NCBI GenBank assembly: GCA_963785745.1
Contig: CAWAWR010000019.1
Span: 20,662 to 84,661 of the forward strand
DNA: 64,000 nt
Origin: an uncultured Alphaproteobacteria bacterium
GTDB lineage: Bacteria > Pseudomonadota > Alphaproteobacteria > Rhizobiales > Xanthobacteraceae
Reading direction: 5' to 3'
Shown: piece by piece, positions 18,847 to 30,305 of the stretch
Layout of the letters: each line of letters begins with the position of its first letter
Numbering within the stretch: position 1 is the stretch's first letter
The notes under the pieces: generated by a model
Database searches by the model: none
What the model was told of the DNA's origin: nothing
What the model saw: only the letters and a program-made list of their open reading frames with translations
Translations under genes and position numbers: made by a program

Positions 18847-19824
18847 ATGATGAGCTCCCGCCGCCGATTTCTGCAACTGGCGGCGGGCGCCGGCGCGCTC
18901 CCTGCCGTCTCCGGCAGCGCATGGGCGCAAACCTATCCGTCGCGGCCGGTGCGCATCATCGTCGGTCTCGCAGCCGGCGGCGCTACCGACATCGTCGCGC
19001 GGCTGATGGGGCAATGGCTGTCGGATCGCCTCGGCCAGCAATTCGTCGTCGAGAACCGGCCGGGCGCCAATGGCAATATCGCCACCGAAGCTGTCGTGCA
19101 CGCCAGCCCCGATGGCCATACGCTGCTGGCGGTCTCGCCGGCAGCCGCGACCAACGGTGCGCTCTACGACAAGCTCAATTTCGATTTCCAACGCGATATC
19201 GCGCCGGTCGCCGGCATCCTCCGCGTTCCGAACGTAATGGCGGTGAGCCTGTCGCTTCCGGTCAAGACCGTTCCCGAGTTCATCGCCTATGCCAAGGCCA
19301 ACCCGAACAAGATCAACATGGCATCGGCCGGCATCGGCTCCTCCAATCATCTGTCCGGCGAGCTGTTCAAGCTGATGAGCGGCGCGCCCATGCTGCACGT
19401 GCCCTATCGTGGCGCCGCGCCTGCATTGACCGACCTCATCGGTGGACAGGTGCAGGTGATCTTTTCCGCCGTGCCGTCGACGGTCGAATATATCAAGGCC
19501 GGCAAGGTGCGCGCGCTCGCCGTCACGTCGACGTCACGCGCCGACGCCCTGCCGGACGTTCCCGCGGTGGCCGAATTCGTGCCCGGCTACGAGGCGAGCA
19601 ATTGGTGGGGCATCGGCGCACCCAAGAGCACGCCCGCCGCCGTCGTGGACAAGCTCAACCGCGAGATCAATGCGGCGTTCGCCGATCCCAAGATGAAGGC
19701 GCGGCTTTTGGAGCTCGGCGGCGCCGGCCTTGCAGGCCCACCCTCCGACTTCGAGAAGCTCATCGCCGACGAAACCGAAAAGTGGGGAAAGGTGATCCGA
19801 ACGGCCAACATCAAGGCGAACTAG
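18847..19824 (+). CDS. Bug/TctC-family substrate-binding protein
   Basis: ATG 2 nt after the previous stop; MMSSRRRFLQLAAGAGALPAVSGSAWAQTYPSRPVRIIVG... Confidence 0.85.
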   Translation: MMSSRRRFLQLAAGAGALPAVSGSAWAQTYPSRPVRIIVGLAAGGATDIVARLMGQWLSDRLGQQFVVENRPGANGNIATEAVVHASPDGHTLLAVSPAAATNGALYDKLNFDFQRDIAPVAGILRVPNVMAVSLSLPVKTVPEFIAYAKANPNKINMASAGIGSSNHLSGELFKLMSGAPMLHVPYRGAAPALTDLIGGQVQVIFSAVPSTVEYIKAGKVRALAVTSTSRADALPDVPAVAEFVPGYEASNWWGIGAPKSTPAAVVDKLNREINAAFADPKMKARLLELGGAGLAGPPSDFEKLIADETEKWGKVIRTANIKAN

Positions 19825-19904
19825 TTCCATTCCGGAGTTCACATTGCATCGCTTGGTTCCGCAATTTCGGTCCCCAACAACCTGACAACAGTCGAGGAAA
19901 CGCC

Positions 19905-20876
19905 ATGACTGGTTCCCGTCGCCGATTTCTGCAGTTGGCGGCAGGCGCCGTCGCCCTTCCCGCCGTCTCCGGCAGAGCATGGTCGCAAGCCTATCCGTCG
20001 CGGCCGGTGCGCTTCATCGTCGGCTTTCCCGCCGGCAACGCCCCCGACATCATCGCCCGCCTCATCGGCCAAATTCTGTCGGAACGGCTCGGCCAGCAAT
20101 TCGTGATCGAGAACCGCCCGGGCGCCGCCAGCAACATCGCCACCGAGGTGGCGCTGTCCGCGCCGCCGGACGGCTACACGATCCAGATGATCGTCTTGAC
20201 CAACGTGTTCAACCAGACGCTCTTTCCGCACCTCAAGTTCAATTTCATGCGCGACATCACGCCGGTCGGCGGCATCGCCGATGCGCCCTACCTCATCGTG
20301 GTCAATCCCTCACTGCCGGTGAAGACGATCCCGGAGTTCATCGCCTATGCCAAGGCGCACCCCGGCAAGATCAACTACGCCTCCGGCGGCAACGGCAGCT
20401 CGTCGCACATCTTTGGCGAGATGCTGAAGAAGATGGCCGGCATCGACCTCACCCATGTGCCCTATCGCTCGAGCTTCATGCCCGACTTGCTGGCCAACCA
20501 GATTCAGATGACCATCAATCCGATCCCGCAAGCGATGGAGTATGTCCGCACCAACACACTGCGCGCCATTGCGGCGACGACCGCGAAGCGGCTCGATTTC
20601 CTGCCGGACATCCCGACCGTGGGCGAATCCGTCCAGGGCTACGAAGCGACCGGCTGGTATGGCCTCAGCATGCCGAGGAACACGCCGGCGGAGTTCGTCA
20701 ACGCGATCAACAAGGCCACCAATTCCGCCCTCGCAGATCCCAAGGTGAAGGCGCGGTTCGCCACCTTGGGCGTCCAGCCGATGCCGTTGACACCGGCCGG
20801 CTTCGCGAAATTCATCAATGACGACTACGACAAGTGGTCGAACGTGATCAAGACCACGGGCATCAAGACGGATTGA
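19905..20876 (+). CDS. Bug/TctC-family substrate-binding protein
   Basis: SD gaggaaacgcc then ATG; MTGSRRRFLQLAAGAVALPAVSGRAWSQAYPSRPVRFIVGFPAGNAPD... Confidence 0.85.
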   Translation: MTGSRRRFLQLAAGAVALPAVSGRAWSQAYPSRPVRFIVGFPAGNAPDIIARLIGQILSERLGQQFVIENRPGAASNIATEVALSAPPDGYTIQMIVLTNVFNQTLFPHLKFNFMRDITPVGGIADAPYLIVVNPSLPVKTIPEFIAYAKAHPGKINYASGGNGSSSHIFGEMLKKMAGIDLTHVPYRSSFMPDLLANQIQMTINPIPQAMEYVRTNTLRAIAATTAKRLDFLPDIPTVGESVQGYEATGWYGLSMPRNTPAEFVNAINKATNSALADPKVKARFATLGVQPMPLTPAGFAKFINDDYDKWSNVIKTTGIKTD

Positions 20877-20904
20877 GCTTCGACCGCAAGCTTGCCGCGA
20901 TCGT

Positions 20905-21861
20905 CTATTTCGGGACGCGCCCGGCGCCTGAATGCGACTTGAGAGTCCGGTGAGCGCATTCGACAAAGACCTTCGCGATCGGACTTAGTGTACGATTCCT
21001 GAGTGTCACAATCCCGACCGGGCGCGGCTGTGTGACCAACTTGATCGGCAGTATCTTCAAAGGCAGGTCACGGCCGCCGAAGCGCAGGACCGAGCTTGGC
21101 AGCATCGTGACGAAGCGTCCCGTCGCAACCAGCCGGCAGCAGATATGCATCGAGAGTGTGGTGACCGGCGCGCGCGGCGTCTCGGCGCCGGCGGCACGAA
21201 ACAACTCGACCGCAAGCAAATCGGCCAATGTTCCGGCCGGCGGCAGAACCCAAGGTTCATCGCCAAGGTCGGCAAGCTTGAGCTTGCGTGCGCGGGCCCA
21301 CTTGCTCGAACGGCCCACCACAACGACGACCTGGTCGTCATAGACGACATCCACGTCGAGATCGTCCTCGGTCAACGGCGTCGGAATCCGGCCGAGCAAC
21401 AAATCGATGCGACGTTCGCGAAGTTCGCGATAGTGCAGCGTACTCATCACAGCCTGGGCAACATCGAGGTGAACAAGCGGATATTCGCGCGTGAAGCGCT
21501 CGATAATGGCCGGCAGCAAACCGGCCGCTACGCTCTCGGTGCTGCCGATGCGCAGTTCGCCGCCGGTCGGATCGGCCAAAAACTCGAGCTCCTCCACCCC
21601 GTGCTTGAGTTCATCAAAGATCGCGACGCCCCGTTTGACGAGCACGCGGCCGTAAGGCGTAGGCTCGATACCGTTTCGGCTGCGGTCCAGCAGGCGGAGC
21701 CCCACCGCGTGCTCCATGTCGGCGATCGCTTTCGATACCGCGGGCTGCGAGATCGCAAGTTCAGCCGCCGCCTTGGCCATGCTGCCACGCTGCACCACGC
21801 TCAGCAGAATATGCAGATCACGAAGCTTGAGACGCCGTCCGACGCGATTGGTCCATTGCAT
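20905..21861 (-). CDS. LysR-family transcriptional regulator
   Basis: 318 aa; N-terminal HTH LRDLHILLSVVQRGSMAKAAAELAISQPAVSKAIADME; divergent from the following Bug/UbiD pair. Confidence 0.8.
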   Translation of the reverse strand: MQWTNRVGRRLKLRDLHILLSVVQRGSMAKAAAELAISQPAVSKAIADMEHAVGLRLLDRSRNGIEPTPYGRVLVKRGVAIFDELKHGVEELEFLADPTGGELRIGSTESVAAGLLPAIIERFTREYPLVHLDVAQAVMSTLHYRELRERRIDLLLGRIPTPLTEDDLDVDVVYDDQVVVVVGRSSKWARARKLKLADLGDEPWVLPPAGTLADLLAVELFRAAGAETPRAPVTTLSMHICCRLVATGRFVTMLPSSVLRFGGRDLPLKILPIKLVTQPRPVGIVTLRNRTLSPIAKVFVECAHRTLKSHSGAGRVPK

Positions 21862-21976
21862 GGAGCAAGCTTATGAAAATGGTTATGCTTAGGTCAAACA
21901 ATAGAATTGGACGTTTATGTCTCCGGGGGTCACGCTGGTCCGCTTGCTTCGCCACTGCTCAGACAAGGAGGCGCCC

Positions 21977-22978
21977 ATGACCGGATCGACCGTCTTCCGC
22001 GCACGCAACCTTGCCGCCCTCGTCTTGTTGGGTACCGTCGTACTTGGCGTTGGGCCCTTGGCGCACGCACAGAGTTATCCATCGCGGCCCGTCAGGATCG
22101 TCGTACCCTTCCCGCCCGGCGGCCCGCTTGATCTGACGACGCGCTTACTCGCCGAGAAGCTCACGGCGAGCTTGAAGCAGCCGTTCGTGGTGGAGAACCG
22201 GGCGGGCGCCGCCGGCAACATCGGAACCGCTTCGGTCGCGAAAGCGAGTGGCGATGGCCATACGCTGCTGCTCGTCCTCGACACGCCGCTGACCGTCAAT
22301 CCGTGGCTCTACGCCAAACTTCCGTTCGAGCCGGTTCAGGATTTCGCACCGATCTCGACGGTCGCAAGCTTCTCGCTGATGCTGGTCGCGCACCCCTCCA
22401 TGACCGTGAACACGGTGGCGGAGTTCGTCGCCCACGCCAGAGCCCGCAAGGACCGCCCACTGATCTATGGCAGTGGCGGCGCGCCGGGCAGTCCTGGCCA
22501 TCTCGCGATGGAATATCTTCGCATGCAGGCCGCCTTCCCCGGCGTTCATGTCCCCCACAAGGGCAACGCAGAGGTCGTCATCAGCCTCGTTGGGGCGCAA
22601 GTCGAGGCCGGCTTTCTGGCGACACCCGGGGTCATACAGAACGTGCGCGACGGCCGGCTGAAGGCGTTCGCCGTCTCCAGCCCCCGGCGCACGCCACTGG
22701 CGCCCGATGTCCCAACGATGGCGGAGAGCGGCTACCCCGATTTCGAGGTGAGGTTCTTCCTGATGCTGCTCGCTCCGGCGTCCACGCCCGAACCGATACG
22801 CGCCGTCCTCGAACGCGAGGTCCAGGCTGCAATGCAGTCGCCTGACGTGCGAGAAAAACTTCGCGCGCAAGATCTTGAGCCGATCGTGAGCACCGGCGCC
22901 GAGACGAAGGCCCTGATCCAGACCACTGGCGAACGCTGGAGGACCGTCGTCAAGTCCGCCAACATCCGAGCCGACTGA
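21977..22978 (+). CDS. Bug/TctC-family substrate-binding protein
   Basis: SD aaggagg then ATG 21977; MTGSTVFRARNLAALVLLGTVVLGVGPLAHAQSYPSRPVRIVVPFPPGGP.. Confidence 0.8.
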   Translation: MTGSTVFRARNLAALVLLGTVVLGVGPLAHAQSYPSRPVRIVVPFPPGGPLDLTTRLLAEKLTASLKQPFVVENRAGAAGNIGTASVAKASGDGHTLLLVLDTPLTVNPWLYAKLPFEPVQDFAPISTVASFSLMLVAHPSMTVNTVAEFVAHARARKDRPLIYGSGGAPGSPGHLAMEYLRMQAAFPGVHVPHKGNAEVVISLVGAQVEAGFLATPGVIQNVRDGRLKAFAVSSPRRTPLAPDVPTMAESGYPDFEVRFFLMLLAPASTPEPIRAVLEREVQAAMQSPDVREKLRAQDLEPIVSTGAETKALIQTTGERWRTVVKSANIRAD

Positions 22979-23078
22979 TCCTCGCGGGGCTGATCCGGAC
23001 GACTTCTGAAACGACGGCACCGACCCTATCGCCCGCGGCGACCGCGCACTAAAGTTGCGGCCGGACAACGCGGGCGAA

Positions 23079-24617
23079 ATGATGGAAGAGCAAGCAGTCG
23101 AACGAACCGGTGGCTTTGCCGGCTCCAACCAGGCAAGCCCTGTTGCGTGGAAAGACCTCCGCGAGTGGATCGCGCTGGTCGAGGCCAACGGGCTGCTCAA
23201 GCGCATCGACAAGCCGGTCGACGCCGACGAAGAGCTTGCCGCCATCGCCTATCTCGCGACGCGACGCGAGGATGCTCCTGCCCTGATGTTCGACTCCATC
23301 GCGGGCGACCGTACCGACACCAGCATCCTCACCAACATGCTGGGCTCCAGCAAGGAGCGCTACGCCCTCGCGGTCGGGCTCGACCCCACCCTGTCCACCG
23401 CCGAGATGATCGCGGCGACCCGCGACATCATGCAACGGCGGATCAAGCCGGTGCCGGTGGCGAAAGCCAAAGCGCCGGTCAATGAAATCGTCCTGCGCGG
23501 CGACGAGATCGATCTCACGCAATTTCCGGTGCCGAAATTCTGGCCGGGCGACGGCGGCCGCTACATCGGCACCGGCGACATCACGCTGACGAAAAATCCC
23601 GACACCGGCCGCATCAATGTCGGCTGCTACCGGCAGATGCTGCATGGGCCGCGCCGGGTCGGACTCTACTGCTCGCCGGGCAAGCACGGCCTGATCGACC
23701 GTGAAGCCTGGTGGGCGCGCGGCAAGCCGTGCGAGGTGGTCGCGGCCTACGGTATCGATCCGGTGCTGTTCATGCTGGCCGCGCAGGTGTTCGGCATCAA
23801 GGAGTCGGAGCTCGACGTTGCCGGCGGCCTGATGGGCCGCGGCGTTGAACTGACCGAGGCCGAATTTGTGAGCCTGCCGATCCCCGCCAACGCCGAGCTG
23901 GTGATCGAGGGATTGCTGCATCCCGGCGACATGGAAGATGAAGGCCCGCTCGGCGAGTTCACCGGCTATTACGGCCGCGAGCGCGCGCCGCAGCCGGTGA
24001 TCGAGGTGAAGGCGGTGCATCACCGCCGCGCGCCGATCCTCACCGCCGCGCTGATGGCGAAATATCCGTCGTGCGAGATCGGCGCCTATTACGCGATCAT
24101 GCGCTCGGCGCGCATCCTCGACGATCTCGACCGCATCGGCGTGTCGGGCGTTCTCAGCGCCTATGCGCATCCGGCCGCCGCGTCGGGGTGGGGCATGGTC
24201 GTGGTGTCGATGCAGCAGCAATATGCCGGGCACGCGGCGCAGGTGCTGGCGCTGACCGCGCAATGTCCGGCCGCCGCCTACTACACCAAATGGATCATCG
24301 CGGTGGACGAGGACGTCGACCCGACCGATTTCAACGACGTGATGTGGGCGCTGTCGACGCGCTGCAATCCCGCCGACGATCTCGACGTGTTGCGCAACAC
24401 CTGGTCGACCGGCCTCGATCCGAGCCAGTATCCGCCGGAGCTGCGGCCGTACGGATCGAAAGTGCTGATCAACGCCTGCAAGCCGCACAAGCACATCAAG
24501 CAATTCCCCCAGGCGACGCTGCTGCGGCAGAGCGTGTACGAGCGCGCGGCCGCACGCTGGGACGAGCTTGGCTTCGAGGGATCGCCGCCGAAGCCGACGG
24601 CGTTTCACAAGGAGTGA
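23079..24617 (+). CDS. UbiD-family (prFMN-dependent) decarboxylase
   Basis: ORF 23055..24617; UbiD-type core ..FWPGDGGRYIGTGDITLTKNPDTGRINVGCYR..; start is ATG 23079 or TTG 23055. Confidence 0.8.
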   Translation: MMEEQAVERTGGFAGSNQASPVAWKDLREWIALVEANGLLKRIDKPVDADEELAAIAYLATRREDAPALMFDSIAGDRTDTSILTNMLGSSKERYALAVGLDPTLSTAEMIAATRDIMQRRIKPVPVAKAKAPVNEIVLRGDEIDLTQFPVPKFWPGDGGRYIGTGDITLTKNPDTGRINVGCYRQMLHGPRRVGLYCSPGKHGLIDREAWWARGKPCEVVAAYGIDPVLFMLAAQVFGIKESELDVAGGLMGRGVELTEAEFVSLPIPANAELVIEGLLHPGDMEDEGPLGEFTGYYGRERAPQPVIEVKAVHHRRAPILTAALMAKYPSCEIGAYYAIMRSARILDDLDRIGVSGVLSAYAHPAAASGWGMVVVSMQQQYAGHAAQVLALTAQCPAAAYYTKWIIAVDEDVDPTDFNDVMWALSTRCNPADDLDVLRNTWSTGLDPSQYPPELRPYGSKVLINACKPHKHIKQFPQATLLRQSVYERAAARWDELGFEGSPPKPTAFHKE

Positions 24618-24702
24618 GCGGAACGCACTTGCTCTGCCCTGGTCATTCCGGAAACCGCGAAAGCGGCGGTCCGGAGTGGCGCCGGAGAATTTTTAGCCTG
24701 TA

Positions 24703-24972
24703 TTAGTGCAGCCGGAATTCCCCGTTCAGCGCGCGGATTTCGGCGGGCTTGATCAGGCGGGCGTGTGCGACCGTCACCGAATGCAGCGGCCCTTCGAGCT
24801 TCTCCAGCCAGAACGCGAGAAACTTGTTGAGCACCGGAAACTTCGGACAGAGGTCGTAGTCCTGCCACACGTAAGTCTGCAGCAACGCGGGGTGATCGGG
24901 CAGCCGATAGAGGATTTCCGCCGTGGTGAGACCGTAGCCTTCCAGCTGCTTCCTGAAGCCTTCCGAAACCAT
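24703..24972 (-). CDS. usg: Usg-family protein
   Basis: Start MVSEGFRKQLEGYGLTTAEILYRLPDHPALLQTYVWQDYDL..; SD ggagga 8 nt upstream of ATG 24972. Confidence 0.65.
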   Translation of the reverse strand: MVSEGFRKQLEGYGLTTAEILYRLPDHPALLQTYVWQDYDLCPKFPVLNKFLAFWLEKLEGPLHSVTVAHARLIKPAEIRALNGEFRLH

Positions 24973-25179
24973 GCAATGTCCTCCATATCGGGGACAACGA
25001 GTGTCAGGGAACCAGTGTTCCAATTTCAAGCCTAAAAGATAAATTATGTGTGTATTTTCAATGCATTAGCAGCATCAGCCAACGGCTGCTGACAAGCCCA
25101 TTTTGGACCGTTCGAGCCCCGTCGGCTCAGCGCGGCTACCGAAATTAACCAAATAAATTCAGATATTTGGAAGGGCTGG

Positions 25180-25205
25180 TAGCACTCCACTGAAATGAGT
25201 GCTAA
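25180..25205 (+). promoter_or_regulatory. CIRCE element (HrcA operator) upstream of groES
   Basis: TAGCACTC-cactgaaat-GAGTGCTAA matches the CIRCE consensus TTAGCACTC-N9-GAGTGCTAA. Confidence 0.85.
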
Positions 25206-25340
25206 AAAATCGCCGTGCCCCTCTTGCGGGCCAAAGTGTGCGCCCTATGTCGCTCACAAGCAGTCGCCGGAAGTTCTTCCACGCGGCTGTTCATCAAAGA
25301 CCGAAAAGACCGACCGAATCACTCAACGAGGAGGATTTCC

Positions 25341-27363
<2,023 letters not shown>

Positions 27364-27388
27364 GTCCTTCTTCGCTCCACGAAATGCG

Positions 27389-27420
27389 AGAGGCCGCCCC
27401 ACGGGCGGCCTCTTTGCTTT
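27389..27420 (+). terminator. rho-independent terminator after groEL
   Basis: gaggccgcc ccac ggcggcctc tttgcttt. Confidence 0.75.
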
Positions 27421-27454
27421 GGACAACGCGACGATCCCTACATCCGCCGCCTTC

Positions 27455-28426
27455 CTATTCTCCTTTGCGGAATCGCCCCGGCGTATCGCCGAAGCGGCGG
27501 CGGAACACGCGATTGAAATAGGACAGGTCGCCGAATCCCGCTTCCAATGCCAGGCTTGCAATCGTTCGGGAACGGTTGGGCTGCGCCAGCAGCAGCTGAT
27601 ACGCGATCGCGAGCCGACGATCGAGGACGTGTTCGGAAAACGTCCGGCCGCTGTCTTCCAGCAGGAGATTGACGTAGCGGCGCGTCACACCGAGCTCGCG
27701 AGCGACCGCGTTCGCGCTGAAAGCCGGGTCCGTGGAGCACGCCTGGATCTTCTCAAGAACCAATTGACGGCGGGCCGCCATCAGTCCGCGCTTGGCTATC
27801 GCGTCGCCGCCGTCGCGATTGGCGCCTAGTTGCAACGCCACGATGTCTGCGAGATAGCGCCCAAACGCTTCCGACGCCTGCGCGTCTTTCGGGTCCGCTA
27901 AACGGAAATGCGTCTCCAGCATCGCGATCAGAAGAGGCGCGTACGACTTCGCCGTATGCAAAACCTGCGGATACGCGCCATAGGCACGCAGCGGCTGAAC
28001 GACTTCGTCGCGAACCTGGATCACCCAGGTGTCGGATTGATTGGCATGCGATTGCGCGGCGTCAAGCTGCCCGAGGCAATGCCCTTCGTGTGACCGCTCA
28101 GCGTCGAATACGAATCCCTCTCCCGGGCTCAAGATCGAGGCGACATCGCCCTGACCGACGCCCATGCGCCCGTCCCGCGCCAGCAAAAGCCAGACGCCCC
28201 TCTCGCACTGGCGGGCCACATTCGGCGTCCGCACGAAATCGGCGGCCGAGCCGCACACCCGCCCAAAGACTGCCGGCCCCGTCACGTCGAGGTCGACAAG
28301 GCCGCGATACGGGCCGTCGCTCCGGCTAACCAGATCGAGTTGAAACAGACGGCGAACCAGATGGTCGCGAAACGCTTCGAAACGCGCCGCGGGCTCAAGG
28401 TCGTCGGTGTTGAAAGAAAATCGCAT
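27455..28426 (-). CDS. AraC-family transcriptional regulator
   Basis: 323 aa; C-terminal double HTH ..VARELGVTRRYVNLLLEDSGRTFSEHVLDRRLAIAYQLL...FRRRFGDTPGRFR. Confidence 0.8.
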   Translation of the reverse strand: MRFSFNTDDLEPAARFEAFRDHLVRRLFQLDLVSRSDGPYRGLVDLDVTGPAVFGRVCGSAADFVRTPNVARQCERGVWLLLARDGRMGVGQGDVASILSPGEGFVFDAERSHEGHCLGQLDAAQSHANQSDTWVIQVRDEVVQPLRAYGAYPQVLHTAKSYAPLLIAMLETHFRLADPKDAQASEAFGRYLADIVALQLGANRDGGDAIAKRGLMAARRQLVLEKIQACSTDPAFSANAVARELGVTRRYVNLLLEDSGRTFSEHVLDRRLAIAYQLLLAQPNRSRTIASLALEAGFGDLSYFNRVFRRRFGDTPGRFRKGE

Positions 28427-28799
28427 CGACGCAGTCCGAAACTAAAAAAGTAATGAGCCCCAAGCGCTCCAGTAAATCCACCATCGTGTCAAGCCGCTAC
28501 CGGCGGCTCACATTTCCCAACAGGACAATAGATGCTTCCATCTAGGACAAAATCGTTTTTGATCTGCGCTCCTGGCGTTGCCGATACGCAACAGTCACCG
28601 AGAGAACTGTCGCCGACTACCCACCAGGCCAATGCCGCTGCTGTCCAAGCCGAGACCGCGCCCACCTCTGCGCACATGATGGCAAGAAGTCGGCCGAATC
28701 TCGGAGAGCGACATGCGGCAACGAATTTTCCTTGAACGCCATAGTGTCCGTTCGGTTGTCGCACGCCGCGTAACCGACTCGGGCCTCGCCGCGACGCTC

Positions 28800-29474
28800 A
28801 TGATCAAACGCAGTTTGTTGGCGACGGTTTCGTGTCTGGCTTTGGGCGCCCCTGCGGCTGCCGAAGTTCCGATCTGGGCAGGTTCCTATGTCGGACTGAA
28901 CGGCGGGATCGTTTCTCACCGCGTGGCCACCGACACCGTGTATGGCAGCGCCAACCTTGCGAACGGTGAACCACATGACTCGGCAAGAACGACCGCAACC
29001 AGCGGGACGTTCGGCGCACAGTTTGGCTACAACTGGCAATCGCAGAATTTTGTATACGGCCTGGAAGCGGATCTGAACTGGGTCAACGAGCGCAGCTCAT
29101 TCTCGCAAGGACCGTCCTTCTTTACTGTCGTCTACAACACCAAACTTGGCTGGCTTGCCACCGCACGCTTGCGCGGCGGCATCGCGTTCGGCCGGACTCT
29201 GGTGTATGGCACCGGCGGCGTGGCGGCGGGCTATGTCGAAAGCAGTTGGGGCGTAAACGGGTCCCCTCTCATCGTGAGCAATGGGACGCGGACAGGCTGG
29301 ACCGCCGGCGGCGGTGTCGAGCACTTCATCAGCAATCAGCATGTGACCGTGAGGGCCGAGGTGCTTTACGTCGACCTCGGAAGCAGGACCCGGGAAACGC
29401 AGGATCGTGGCTACAGAGCCCGCTTCAAGACCGACGCTGTTGTCGGCCGTCTGGGGCTGAACCTGAAATGGTGA
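28800..29474 (+). CDS. outer-membrane beta-barrel protein (OmpA-like/OmpW-like porin family)
   Basis: MIKRSLLATVSCLALGAPAAA signal; alternating beta-strand pattern; C-terminal ..GRLGLNLKW ending in aromatic residue. Confidence 0.7.
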   Translation: MIKRSLLATVSCLALGAPAAAEVPIWAGSYVGLNGGIVSHRVATDTVYGSANLANGEPHDSARTTATSGTFGAQFGYNWQSQNFVYGLEADLNWVNERSSFSQGPSFFTVVYNTKLGWLATARLRGGIAFGRTLVYGTGGVAAGYVESSWGVNGSPLIVSNGTRTGWTAGGGVEHFISNQHVTVRAEVLYVDLGSRTRETQDRGYRARFKTDAVVGRLGLNLKW

Positions 29475-29567
29475 CGTGTCCGGCTTGCTGACAGCCGGCA
29501 TGGTTCGGCCCCGCAATTTACCTGGGGCTGCAAGTGAAACGTGAATTCGGATCGTCTGCGCCCCGCG

Positions 29568-29978
29568 TCACACCGAGATGTCGAACAGCGACTTGACCAT
29601 CTGATTGTGCGACGTCACCACCCGCGCATTGGCGGCGTAGGTGTAGGAGGCGATCAGTTGCTGGACGAGTTCGTCCGCCAAGTCGACGCTGGGCGCCGCG
29701 ACCAGGCCGTCCTGATTGGCATAGGGCGCGGACGGGTTGTAGGTCGCCACATAGCCCGGCGACACCTCGCTGACCACCGCCCGCGTGCCGCCGGTCGCCA
29801 GTTCGACCTGATCGACGCGCAACGGCGTATAGGGCCGCGGCGCATCGGGCGCGTAGTTGCCCTGTGCATCAGGAAGCGCGCCGTCGGAACGCACGTTCGC
29901 GACATTCTGCGCCGAAACCTCCAGGCGCCGGCTCGCCGCCAGCATTCCCGATACCGCAATGGACTGCACGCTACTCAT
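29568..29978 (-). CDS. flagellar basal-body rod protein FlgC-like (orphan, 136 aa)
   Basis: Start MSSVQSIAVSGMLAASRRLEVSAQNVANV (rod N-terminal motif); C-terminal PSVDLADELVQQLIASYTYAANARVV..M (rod C-terminal motif). Confidence 0.6.
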   Translation of the reverse strand: MSSVQSIAVSGMLAASRRLEVSAQNVANVRSDGALPDAQGNYAPDAPRPYTPLRVDQVELATGGTRAVVSEVSPGYVATYNPSAPYANQDGLVAAPSVDLADELVQQLIASYTYAANARVVTSHNQMVKSLFDISV

Positions 29979-30175
29979 GAACCGACCGGACAACCGTTCC
30001 TTGGCCGGCGACTTTAGGCTGTCCCGATCAACACTTCCCTGCAAAGATCCCTTTGAATTGTCATCTTGCTGTTTACGCTTGGTTCACCGCGCCGGGCGGC
30101 AACAGGCGCCAGTGCTGTCGATGACCAGCGAGGCCCCTGGGCCAGGGATCAGGAACGGATCGAGCCCGTGAAAAT

Positions 30176-30219
30176 GAAACGACCACGAACGAAAAGGGGC
30201 GCGTACATCCGGCGTCACC
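30176..30219. repeat. ~45-bp sequence repeated (direct) on both sides of the DUF72 gene, copy 1
   Basis: gaaacgaccacgaacgaaaaggggcgcgtacatccggcgtcacc versus 31165-31215 gaaaacgacaacgaccacgaaccaagaggtgcgcgtacatccggcgtcacc. Confidence 0.6.
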
Positions 30220-30305
30220 TTCTCGAAGCGCGGTCGTCGGCGATGGTACACTGTACAAAGCCATCGCCACTTGTATGACACCTAGCAGAGGCACACGACA
30301 CCGCC

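Noticed and set aside
18921-20876. 651-aa ORF spanning two Bug genes in a different frame
   Set aside because: Only the last 324 aa (from ATG 19905) match the Bug family; the upstream part is the +1 frame of the preceding Bug gene and is Arg-rich nonsense
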